Positions 42,153-53,400 of a stretch of DNA of 64,000 nucleotides are shown in pieces; within the stretch, counting starts at the first letter, position 1, and the number at the start of each line of letters is the position of its first letter. The DNA comes from Nitrospirales bacterium (GTDB taxonomy: Bacteria; Nitrospirota; Nitrospiria; Nitrospirales; UBA8639). The stretch lies in the NCBI GenBank assembly GCA_963422365.1, contig OY729426.1, positions 2,048,001 through 2,112,000 on the forward strand, in the 5' to 3' direction. The translations under genes and the position numbers were made by a program. The notes beneath the pieces are model-generated. The model saw only the letters and a program-made list of their open reading frames with translations, was not told the origin of the DNA and made no database searches.

Positions 42153-42834
42153 TTACAATGGGCATGGACCGAAACGGTCAGCAAATAATTCGTTCCACAT
42201 CAACTGGGCAAACTTCATAGAACCCACGGCATTGAGATGCAAGCCGTCGCTGGAAAAATGCGGAGCTAAGAAAAAAGAAGGGCCTTCCGAGGTCGACTGG
42301 AACCGATCCACACACGGCATCTGATGACGGTGACACCACTCTGCAATCAGACGATTCAATTCCAAGCAACGTTGAACCTGTGAGTGAAGCCAAGCAGGCA
42401 GCGGGCCGGAAGACAGGAACCATGACCCGGCACCGGGGTCTTCGGCTCTAAGGGATGGGACCGTTCCTCCAACGGGTTGGACTCCCACTGCCGAACGCCA
42501 ATGCATATAAACGCTTTAAATGCGTGATAATCATGGAAAGGGGAACGCCCCATCCTAAATCGTTCGTTCCCCCTAAAATCACGGTATACGAGGGAACGAA
42601 GTCAACGACATCACGAGGAAATCGCATCACCATGTCGGAGGTGACTTCGCCACAAATTCCTTTGACAGAGACCCGTCCTCGTGCGCCCAACTATTCCTGA
42701 AGAAATCCGCCATAGTGCGTATCGGGCAGAGGAATCCCCGTTTCAGCCTGGACTTGATACCCCGCAGTAAGACTGTCACCGAAACACACTAGTAGCGGAG
42801 AGGAATGAGTATGCGACTTGGAATTTTTGACCAT
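42153..42834 (-). pseudogene. GDSL/SGNH hydrolase, disrupted
   Basis: VCFGDSLTAG, in-frame TAG at 42691-42693, LGGTNDL, frameshift near 42490, SDGLHLN. Confidence 0.85.
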
Positions 42835-42993
42835 TGCCAGCAACCCTCCCTTGACAGCACCCATTCTCAATGAATAGCCTTAGATCTTTCAAAGATCGAC
42901 CAATCAAGACAATTCGTTCCCCCAACAACGCGGAGGTTCCCGTTACCGATAAACACTTACTCACTGTCTGTTTCGAAGAAGGAGTTCTGTCTT

Positions 42994-43569
42994 ATGCAAG
43001 GACATCGTCAGCTTACTTCACACAAACCCAGCAACAGGTTCCTCCTCCTGATCGGATGCTTCATCATCCCAAGCCTGTTTTGTGTCCCCCCCCACGCCTT
43101 CGCAGATCACCCGTTTCAAGTAGGGATTATTGATCCTCAAGCCGTCCTGGAAAATTCCAACTCCGGGAAAAAGGCACTGGCGACCTTAAAAGAACATGTC
43201 GCAGTTCGCCAAAAATTGTTGGAAGCGGACGAACAAGAATTACAGAAGCTCGAACAACAGCTTCAAGACGGCACGGACCGCAGTGAAACTGAAACGCAAT
43301 TCCTGCGGGAACAAATCCAGAACAAAGTCCAAGATTACCAACGACGACGCCAAATATTCCAGCAGGAAGTGGCGGAAAAGCAAAAAACCATGACGTCGGA
43401 GTACATGAAAAAAATCGCGGTCGCCACCAAGACCGTGGCCGAACGATCTGACTTTTTATTGGTCATTGATAAAGGGAATGAGGCCACGCTGAAACTTGTG
43501 CTCTACGCAGCCGAGGGTTTGGATATTACAGAGGAGGTCTTGAAGGAGTTTAATCAACTCTATCAATAA
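42994..43569 (+). CDS. skp: OmpH/Skp periplasmic chaperone
   Basis: Signal peptide, VGIIDPQAVLENS..GKKA, coiled coil, LDITEEVLKEFN. Confidence 0.88.
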   Translation: MQGHRQLTSHKPSNRFLLLIGCFIIPSLFCVPPHAFADHPFQVGIIDPQAVLENSNSGKKALATLKEHVAVRQKLLEADEQELQKLEQQLQDGTDRSETETQFLREQIQNKVQDYQRRRQIFQQEVAEKQKTMTSEYMKKIAVATKTVAERSDFLLVIDKGNEATLKLVLYAAEGLDITEEVLKEFNQLYQ

Positions 43570-43624
43570 GGCGCTCAGTCTTTATGCGAGGGAAGAGGGG
43601 ACATTCGCGTTTTAGTGTCGAGAA

Positions 43625-43999
43625 TCAGGTGGCTGGCTCCAAAGGATATCCTGCCTGCCGCCATGCCTTAATTCCTCCTGCCATGGAAAACACCTGCGTA
43701 TAGCCCATCTCCTGTAAGTTGGCGGCTGACAAGGCCGATCGATATCCTCCACCGCAATAGAGAATAATTTCCGCGTTTTTATCAGGAATCATTTGCTCAA
43801 TATCACGCTCTAAAATCCCTCGGCCTTTATGGATCGCCCCATGAGCATAGCCTTGAGCAACTTCGTGATCTTCCCTGACATCGATGAAATGAAAGGCATC
43901 ACCGAGTTCGAGGCGAGCCATGACCTCACTCGGCCTGCACTCACGAATCTGACGCTTTCTTGTCTCAACGAGTCGTTCGAATCCAAAGATATGAGTCAT
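43625..43999 (-). CDS. Rhodanese-like sulfurtransferase
   Basis: IDVREDHE, LYCGGGYRSAL, SMAGGIKAW. Confidence 0.9.
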   Translation of the reverse strand: MTHIFGFERLVETRKRQIRECRPSEVMARLELGDAFHFIDVREDHEVAQGYAHGAIHKGRGILERDIEQMIPDKNAEIILYCGGGYRSALSAANLQEMGYTQVFSMAGGIKAWRQAGYPLEPAT

Positions 44000-44429
44000 A
44001 ACGAAGCCCCTTCTCCTGTAATCGCCTTCTGCGACGTATGTAGCCGATATAGCCGAACAAAAATAATTGTGAATCCGAACAAACTAATGGCGAATGCCAT
44101 GGAAATTTCAGCCGATTTTCTGGCGCCTGAGCCCCTCTCACGACAGATCGAAGATCCTGACTCGTAGTGACCTTGATTCTCATGACGCTGATACGCTCGC
44201 TGACCGATCTCCGACGAAACACCTGAGCGTCGAGGCTGGGACGCTGTGGCAGGCCGTTGTGAACGGTCATCTAGAAAACTCTCCATCGGGCTCCGCAACA
44301 TTAAAAAACGGATGTAAATCCGTAAGCCCCAGCCAGGTTGCCGTCAAATAGCCGGGCTAACGGCAAGGCCTGCTGGTTTGGCCAACCTGGCGAGCCGGCT
44401 TTCCGCACGACGGGTCCTGCCGGGGTGGG

Positions 44430-47400
44430 TTAGAAGCGGAAGGCCCCGGTCAACCCGACGCGGGACTCGGCGGGGGCGCCGGGGCGACGCGTCTGCTCGG
44501 TGAAGAGCGCCGCCTCCAGCCCGTGGGCCCAGCCCGGCACTGCCAGCCGCAGGCCCCCGTGCAGCCGCTGGGCCTGCCCGTCACCCAGACTCAGTTCTCC
44601 GTAGGGCGTCAGCCGGCCCCACCCGTCCCAGACCCTCAGGCCGTAGCCCAACTCCACGTCCAGCCGATCCGGCACCGCCCCCGGGCCCGCCCGTCCCCCA
44701 CTCACCCCACCCGGCAGGGCCCCCGGCTCGCTCTCCCACATCGCCTCCAGCCCGCTCCCCGCCTGACCCCAGACCGGCGTCAGGGAAAAGGCCGGCCCCA
44801 GCCCCGCCTCGCCCGGCGCAACCCGCGCGCTGACACTCGCCCCCCACGCTTCAAAGCCCGCCGCCTGGTGGGCCGCCAGCCAGCGCCCCTGCCCCGTCAC
44901 CGAGACCCCCAGCGCCGGCTGCTCATACGCTAGCCCCGCCCCCACCTCGAGGCCCACACCCGTCTCCGCGTCACCCCCGTCCAGCCGCCCGCCGATCTCC
45001 AGGCTCGGCTGCAGCCGGTGCCCCGCCGCCCACGCCCAGGCCGTCTGCCCCGTCAGCATGAGTCGCAGCCGCTGCACCGCCGCGTCCGCCGCCGGAAGGC
45101 CCGGGACTGCCTCCGAGTCCATCCAGACTCCGACAGCGTCGGTTTTGAGCGACAGGGCCACAGCCCCAACCGAGGACAGGGCCCCCCGTGCCCCCACCGC
45201 CCCCATCCGCATCCCTACGTCGGTCTCCACCTCACCCCGCTTGTCCTTGAGCTGCAACTCGCCCCAGCCCACCCCGACCACGCCCCAGACTTCCATGTCT
45301 TCGTCCACTGCCCAGCGCAGGTAGGGATACAGGCTGGTTACTGCTGACCGCACATCGCCCCGGCCGGCCTCTGGCCCAACCGCGAACCGGCCCCGGCCTA
45401 CGCTATGCGAAACGGCCAGGCCGGCCAGCCCCCAGGGATCGGCGTAGTCCACCCCCACCCAGCCGGACACCACATCCCCCTCCAGCGCCAGCCGGTCCCC
45501 CCGGAATCCCCCCGCCGCCCCCTTCGCCCAGAGCGTCCAGAGACCGGCCGGCTCCGCCGCCTCCGCCTCACCCGCGCCCACAGCCCCAGACCACGCAACC
45601 GCACTGCCCAGCAGAACCTCCCGCACCGAGCGGCTCGAGGCCACTGCCCGCCGGCGCCGCCCAGGCCCGCTACCGGCCAGCTCATCGCCCCGGCCCCCAC
45701 CGCCCCACTCGCCACGGGCTCCCGGCCCCGCCGTGTCGTCCCCCGCCGCCGCCCTGAGCGTCACCGGCCGCCCGCCCAGCGTCACCCGCGTGCCCAGCCC
45801 CGCCGGCCCCCCCATAAGCCGCTCCCCGATGACTGCCACCGCCTGGCTCGCCATCGTGCGCCCAAACCGCCCTAGCCAGTGCGTCGAGACCTCGGCTCGA
45901 GCCGTGTCGCTGACAATGGGGACAAACGCCTGGAATGGCGAAAACTTGCTGGTCGCGCCGCAGACCGCGCTAGGCTGCGCCCCGCCCACAAGCGGCAACG
46001 CCGCCCAGCGGGCAGTACCCGCCTCATAGTGGTACACCGCCACTCCGTCGGCCGGCTCGCCCAGGGGCAGACACACCGTCGCAGTGGCTCCCCCAGGGAA
46101 CGCGGAGAGCCGACCCTTGTTCAGGCTGATGTCCACAGCCGGCGAGACCCGTCGGTAGCCCGGCTGGGCCGGCAAATCCGTTGGGGCTCGCTTCACCGTG
46201 ATCGTGGTAATCGCCTCACCCCCCAGCTGCTCTAGCGGCAGCGTGAGCCCGAGACCCGCCGGCGCCCCCTGCTCTACCTCCAGCGTGATCCGCTGGCCAC
46301 GGCTCACAACAACCTCACCCGCCCGCAGGGGCGCAAACCTCACGTGCCCATCCTGCTCAGCAACCGACACCAACACCCTGATCGTTACCGCCGCCGCCGC
46401 CGAACGCTCGCCGTGCGTATCCGTGACCGTCAGGGCAAAGGTCAGGGCAATGGTCTTAGCCAGATCGCTCGGCGCCGTGAAGCTCGGGCGGACCGTCTCC
46501 GCACCCTCCAGCTTGATCTTCGGCGCGGCAGCCGCCTCGACCGGCTCCCAGGCATAGCTCAGCCCCTCGCCCTCCGGGTCGCGGCTCCCCGAGCCGTCAA
46601 GCGTGACCCGCACACCCTGGGCCACCGTCAAGCCCTCCCCGGCATGCGCGACCGGCGGGTCGTTCCCATCGGTCACCGTGACCACAATGGTCTGTTCAAG
46701 CGTCTTCTCTCCCTCCCCCGTTTGGACAACGGCGGTCACGCCCACAATGTACTGGTTGTTGCCCGCGTCGTTCACAGGGTCCGTACTGGCCTCGTCGGCC
46801 GGAGTCTCGAAGTCGGGCACAGCCCTGAAGGTCAGCACCCCCGTGGCAGGGTCCACCTCGAACTGCTCACGATCAACCCCGCCGACAATGGCATAGGTCA
46901 CAGCCTCGCCCCCCACGGCCAGCACCGTGCCAACAGCACCCTGGTTCTCCGGCACCTCGAACACGGCAGGGCTGACAATCGCCGCCTCGTCGTCGTCAAT
47001 ATTGGTGACGGCAACGTCACTCGCGTCAAGCCCGTTGTAGGTGGCATCCGAACTCGCAGCCGCGGCCAGTACGATCCTGTAGGCCTGGTCGCCATCGTCC
47101 ACCTCGTCATCCACGCCGGTGACCGTGACCGGGGTCGGCTGGTTCCAGGTGGAAGGGGTGAAGGTCAGTGAGGCCGGGAAAACCGTGCCTTCGCCAGTGT
47201 CGGAACTGGTGACGGTGATGCTGACCTGCTCCCTCGGCTGGCTGTCCAAAACGACGCTGATGGTGTCACTACCGCCACCTTCCGTGGTGGCGGTGCCGCC
47301 ACCAGTCTCGGACACCGTGACGCCGGCAGTGTCGTTATCGGTCAGGGTCACACTGACGCCGGTAATGCCCACCGAACCGTAGCCGCCCCCGGAGACTGCA

Positions 47401-50400
47401 TGGGTGATGGTCGTGCTTCTCTCCCCATCGGTCTCGTCATCCACCCCGGTGACGGTGATGGTTTGTACGGTGTTCCAGTTGGCGCTGGTGAAGGTCAGGG
47501 AGGCAGACACGGTCGCCACGCCGGTATGACCGCTGGTCGGGGTGACGGTGACGGCGCCACTCGGCCGGGTGTTGAGCACTACGGTGTAGGTGGTGCTGCG
47601 CCCAGCGCTGGCTTCGGTGACCGTGACACTGGTCTCGGATAACGTGACGCCGGCGGTGTCGTCATCGGTCAGCGTGACACTGACGCTGGGAACACTCACT
47701 GAAGCATAGCCACCCCCGGTGATTGCATGGCTGATGGTCGTGCTTCTCTCGGCATCGGTCTCGTCATCCACCCCGGTGACGGTGACGGGCTGCGCCGTGT
47801 CCCAGTTGCCGGTGGTGAAGGTGAGCGAGGCCGGGGAGACCGTAGCCACGTCGGTATCGCCACTGGCGGGCGTGAGAGTGACGGTGCCCGTCGGCTGGCT
47901 TTGCAGGCCCACACGGTAGGTGGCCGTGTGGCCGCTGCCGCTGGCCTCGGTGACCGTGACGCCCGTCTCGGACACGGTGACGCCGGCCCCGTCGTCATCG
48001 ATGAGGGTCACCGTCACGTCCGGGATGCTCACCGAGTCGTAGCCACCCCCGGTGATTGTATGGGTGATGGTCGTGCTTCTCTCCGCATCGGTCTCGTCAT
48101 CCACCCCGGTGACGGTGACGGGCTGCGCCGTGTCCCAGTTGCCGGTGGTGAAGGTCAGCGAGGCCGGGGAGACGGTGGCGACAGAGTTATCACCGCTGGC
48201 GGGCGTGATGGTGACGGTGCCCGTCGGCTGGCTTTGCAGGCCCACACGGTAGGTGGCCGTGTGGCCGCTGCCGCTGGCCTCGGTGACCGTGACGCCCGTC
48301 TCGGACACGGTGACGCCGGCCCCGTCGTCATCGATGAGGGTCACCGTCACGTCCGGGATGCTCACCGAGTCGTAGCCACCCCCGGTGATTGCATGGCTGA
48401 TGGTCGTGCTTCTCTCCGCATCGGTCTCGTCATCCACCCCGGTGACGGTGACGGGCTGCGCCGTGTCCCAGTTGCCGGTGGTGAAGGTCAGCGAGGCCGG
48501 GGAGACGGTGGCGACAGAGTTATCACCGCTGGCGGGCGTGAGAGTGACGGTGCCCGTCGGCTGGCTTTGCAGGCCCACACGGTAGGTGGCCGTGTGGCCG
48601 CTGCCGCTGGCCTCGGTGACCGTGACGCCCGTCTCGGACACGGTGACGCCGGCCCCGTCGTCATCGATGAGGGTCACCGTCACGTCCGGGATGCTCACCG
48701 AGTCGTAGCCACCCCCGGTGATTGCATGGCTGATGGTCGTGCTTCTCTCCGCATCGGTCCGGTCATCCACCCCGGTGACGGTGACGGGCTGCGCCGTGTC
48801 CCAGTTGCCGGTGGTGAAGGTGAGCGAGGCCGGGGAGACCGTAGCCACGTCGGTATCGCCACTGGCAGGGGTGATGGTGACGGTGCCCGTCGGCTGGCTT
48901 TGCAGGCCCACGCGGTAGGTGGCCGTGTGGCCGCTGCCGCTGGCCTCGGTGACCGTGACGCCCGCCTCGGACACGGTGGCGCCGGCCCCGTCGTTATCGA
49001 TGAGGGTCACCGTCACGTCGGCAATGCTCACCGAGTCGTAGCCACCCCCGGAGGCTGCATGGCTGATGGTCGTGCTTCTCTCCGCATCGGTCCGGTCATC
49101 CACCCCAGTGACGGTGACGGGCTGCGCCGTGTCCCAGTTGCCGGTGGTGAAGGTGAGCGAGGCCGGGGAGACCGTAGCCACGTCGGTATCGCCACTGGCA
49201 GGGGTGATGGTGACGGTGCCCGTCGGCTGGCTTTGCAGGCCCACACGGTAGGTGGCCGTGTGGCCGCTGCCGCTGGCCTCGGTGACCGTGACGCCCGTCT
49301 CGGACACGGTGACGCCGGCCCCGTCGTCATCGATGAGGGTCACCGTCACGTCCGGGATGCTCACCGAGTCGTAGCCACCCCCGGTGATTGTATGGGTGAT
49401 GGTCGTGCTTCTCTCCGCATCGGTCTCGTCATCCACCCCGGTGACGGTGACGGGCTGCGCCGTGTCCCAGTTGCCGGTGGTGAAGGTCAGCGAGGCCGGG
49501 GAGACGGTGGCGACAGAGTTATCACCGCTGGCGGGCGTGATGGTGACGGTGCCCGTCGGCTGGCTTTGCAGGCCCACACGGTAGGTGGCCGTGTGGCCAC
49601 TGCCGCTGGCCTCGGTGACCGTGACGCCCGTCTCGGACACGGTGACGCCGGCCCCGTCGTCATCGATGAGGGTCACCGTCACGTCCGGGATGCTCACCGA
49701 GTCGTAGCCACCCCCGGTGATTGCATGGCTGATGGTCGTGCTTCTCTCCGCATCGGTCCGGTCATCCACCCCGGTGACGGTGACGGGCTGCGCCGTGTCC
49801 CAGTTGCCGGTGGTGAAGGTGAGCGAGGCCGGGGAGACGGTGGCGACAGAGTTATCACCGCTGGCGGGCGTGAGAGTGACGGTGCCCGTCGGCTGGCTTT
49901 GCAGGCCCACACGGTAGGTGGCCGTGTGGCCGCTGCCGCTGGCCTCGGTGACCGTGACGCCCGCCTCGGACACCGTGACGCCAGCCCCGTCGTTATCGAT
50001 GAGGGTCACACTGACGCTGGCGATGCGCACCGAGTCGTAGCCGCCCCCAGAGGCTGCATGGGTGATGGTCGTGCTTCTCTCGGCATCGGTCTCGTCATCC
50101 ACCCCGGTGACGGTGACGGGCTGCGCCGTCTTCCAGTTGCCGGTGGTGAAGGTGAGCGAGGCCGGGGAGACCGTAGCCACGTCGGTATCGCCACTGGCGG
50201 GCGTGATGGTGACGGTGCCACTCGGCTGGCTTTGCAGGCCCACACGGTAGGTGGCCGTGTGGCCGCTGCCGCTGGCCTCGGTGACCGTGACGCGGTTCCT
50301 GGATATGGTGACGCCGGCAGTGTCGTCATCGATGAGGGTCACACTGACGCTGGCAATCCTCACCGAGTTGTAGCCACCCCCGGCTGCCGCATGAGTAATG

Positions 50401-53400
50401 GTCGTGGCTCTCTCCGCATCGGTTCGGTCATCCACCCCCGTCACCGTTACCTCCTGCGGCTGATCCCAGTTCGAAGGGGTGAAGGTCAGCGAACCTGATG
50501 GCGTCGCCACATTCGGATTCCTGCTCCTCGGCGTCACTCTCACGCTTCCCCCCCCGGTCGGTTTGCTGGTCAACACCATCGTGTAGGTCGCCGTCCGCCC
50601 CGCTTTCGTCACCGTTACACTCGACGTAGAAATCGTGACGCCAGCGACGTCATCATCTCTGAGTGACACCGCCACATTCGCGATGCGCACCGGGTTATAG
50701 CCACCACCGCTTACGGTATGGGTAATGCTGGTGCTTCTATCGGTATCAAAGTCGTCATCCACCCCGGTGACGGTGACAGTCTGCGCCGTGTCCCAGTTGC
50801 CGGCGGTGAAGGTCAGGGGCGCGGAGACCATGGCCACGTTAATGTCGCCGCTGCGGGGGGTGATGGTGACATGGCCCGAGGGCCGGCTGTCCAGGACTAC
50901 GCGGTAGGTGGCGGTGCCGCCATCCTCGTCAACCGTGACCGCACTCTCAGACAGTGTCACGCCGGCCCCGTCGTCATCAATCAAGGTCACCGCCACATCC
51001 GCCCCACTGACCGAACCATAGCCACCGCCTGAAGCACTATGGGTAATGCTCGTGCTTCTGTCGGTATCAATGTCGTCATCCACCCCGGTGACGGTGACGG
51101 GCTGCGGGGTCTTCCAGTTGGATGAAGTGAAGGTCAGTGAGGCCGGAGAAACGGTGGCCACAGAGTCGTCACCGCTGGCAGGGGTCACGGTAACGTTGCC
51201 CGAGGGCTGGCTTTGCAGGACCACGCGGTAGGTGGCCGTGTGCCCCGAACCACGGGCCTCGGTCACGGTTATCGCACCAGGCGATGCCGTCACACCAACG
51301 TCGTCGTCATCTGTATTGATCGCCAGAACGTCCGCCGGATCGAACCCGTTATAGTTCACGTCCATGCTCACCGCCGCCGCCAGCCGAATGGTGTAACGCC
51401 GATCTCCATCAGCCCGGTCGTCATCCTTGCCCGTGACGGTGACAGTCTGCGCCGTGTCCCAGTTGCCGGACGTGAATACAAGGCGGCTCTTGTCAACCGT
51501 GCCTTCACTCGGGTCGGAACTGGAGACAGCAATGGTGACTGTGGCGCTCGGCTGGCTGCCCAGGGCTACCCTAAAACGGCCCCTGCCCCCACCCTCCGTG
51601 GTCGTCACGCTGCTCACAGATACCGTCACCTCAGCCACGTCATTGTCTGTGTTGGTCGCCGGAATGTCCGCCGGATCGAGCCCGTTATAGTTCATGTCCG
51701 CGCTCACCGCCGGCCCCAGCCGAATGGTGTAGTCCTGATCCCTATCAGCCAGCACGTCATCCTCCCCCGTCACCGTCACCTCCTGTGGCTGATCCCAATC
51801 GCCGGACGTAAAGGTCAAAGACACCGGGGCCACCTTGCCTTCACCAGGGTCGGAACTGGTTACGGCGATGGTGACGGCCGCAACCGGCCGGCTACCCAGC
51901 GCTACCCTAAAACGGCCGCTGCCCCCACCCTCCGTGGTCATCACGCGCCCGCCCCCAGATACCCTCACTTCAACCGCATCATCGTCTTTGTTGGTCGCCG
52001 GAACAGCCGCCGCGAACCCGCGATAGTGCATGTCCGCGCTCACTGCCGGCCCCAGCCGAATGGTGTAGGACTGATCGCCATCGTCCAGATCGTCGTCCTC
52101 CCCAGTTACGACCAATACCTTTTGTTCGCCCCAGCCCGCGGGCGTAAAGGTCAGAGACGCCGGGGCCACCCTGCCTTCAGTAGTGTCGGAACTGGTTACG
52201 GCGATGGTGACGGCCGCGGTCGGCCGTCTCGTCAACCTCATAGATAGGAATTCCTGTTGCCCGCCCTCGGAAGTCTCCAGCTTGCTCTTCGACAGGATTA
52301 ATCCGGGCCCTTTATCGTCATCAACGTTGGTGACTCTGATGTCTTTCGGATCAATGCCGCGGTAGCCGGCATCGGCGCTGACAGCCGCGGCCAGTACGAT
52401 GGTGTAGGACCGATCACCATCTTCAATCCGGTCATTCACCCCGGTGACGGTGACCGTCTGTGCGGTGTTCCAGTTGTCGGACGTGAATACCAGGCGGCTC
52501 TTGTCAACCGTGCCTTCACTCGGGTCGGAACTGGTTACGGCGATGCTGACGTCGGCCGAGGGCGGGGTATCGAGTACTACGGTGAAGGTGGCGGTGCGCC
52601 TAGCACCACTGGCTTCGGTGGTGGTGACGCGGCTCTCGGACACGGTGACACCGGCCTTGTCGTTATCGATGAGGGTCACCGTCACGTCGGGGATGCTCAC
52701 CGAGTCGTAGCCGCCCCCGGCTGCCTGATGGGTGATGGTCGTACGGCGATCCGTGTTGATCCGGTCATCCACCCCGGTGACGGTAACTTGCTGTGCAGTT
52801 TCCCAATTATCGGTGGTGAAGGTGAGCGAGGCCGGGGAGACGGTGGCGACAGAGTTAGCACCGCTGGTGGGGGTGAGAGTGACGTCGCCCGTCGGCTGGC
52901 TTTGCAGGCCCACGCGGTAGGTGGCCGTGTGGCCGCTGCCGCTGGCCTCGGTGACCGTGACGCGGCTTTTGGACACGGTGACGCCGGCAGTGTCGTCATC
53001 GGTCAGCGTGACGCCCACGCTGGCAATCCTCACCGAGTCGTAGCCGCCGCCGGAAGCCCTATGGCTAATGGTGGTGGTTCTATCTCCTGTATCAATGTCG
53101 TCATGAATGCCGGTGACGGTGACGGGCTGCGGTAGGTACCAGTCGGTGATGGTGAAGGTCAGGGGCGCGGAGACTGTGGCCACGTTAATGTCGTCACTGC
53201 GGGGGGTGATGGTGACGGTGTTGGTCGGCGAGGTCTTGAGTACGACGGTGTAGGTGACGGTGCGCCCGGCACCAGTGGCTTCGGTCACGAGCACACTGTT
53301 GGTGGAGACGGTAACGCCCACGGTGTCGTCATCAACGTTGATGACGGCTATATCGTTCGGATCAACGCCGTTGTAGTTGGCATCGGTGCTGGTGGCCGCG

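Noticed and set aside
43996..44301. Short hydrophobic ORF upstream of the rhodanese gene, possibly a membrane-protein C-terminal remnant
   Set aside because: Only one TM-like stretch; family cannot be assigned without a search
44332..44391. Nested inverted repeats downstream of the adhesin as a structured ncRNA
   Set aside because: No recognisable family; compatible with a terminator or chance pairing in GC-rich DNA
47652..49982. Possible CRISPR array or DGR template/variable repeats
   Set aside because: Units are in-frame coding repeats with no unique spacers; differences are not adenine-specific; no cas or reverse transcriptase gene in the window
47727..50498. 923-aa plus-strand ORF and many repeated short ORFs opposite the adhesin
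   Set aside because: Antisense shadows of a GC-rich repetitive gene; they recur with its 333-bp and 3699-bp periodicity and have no independent motifs
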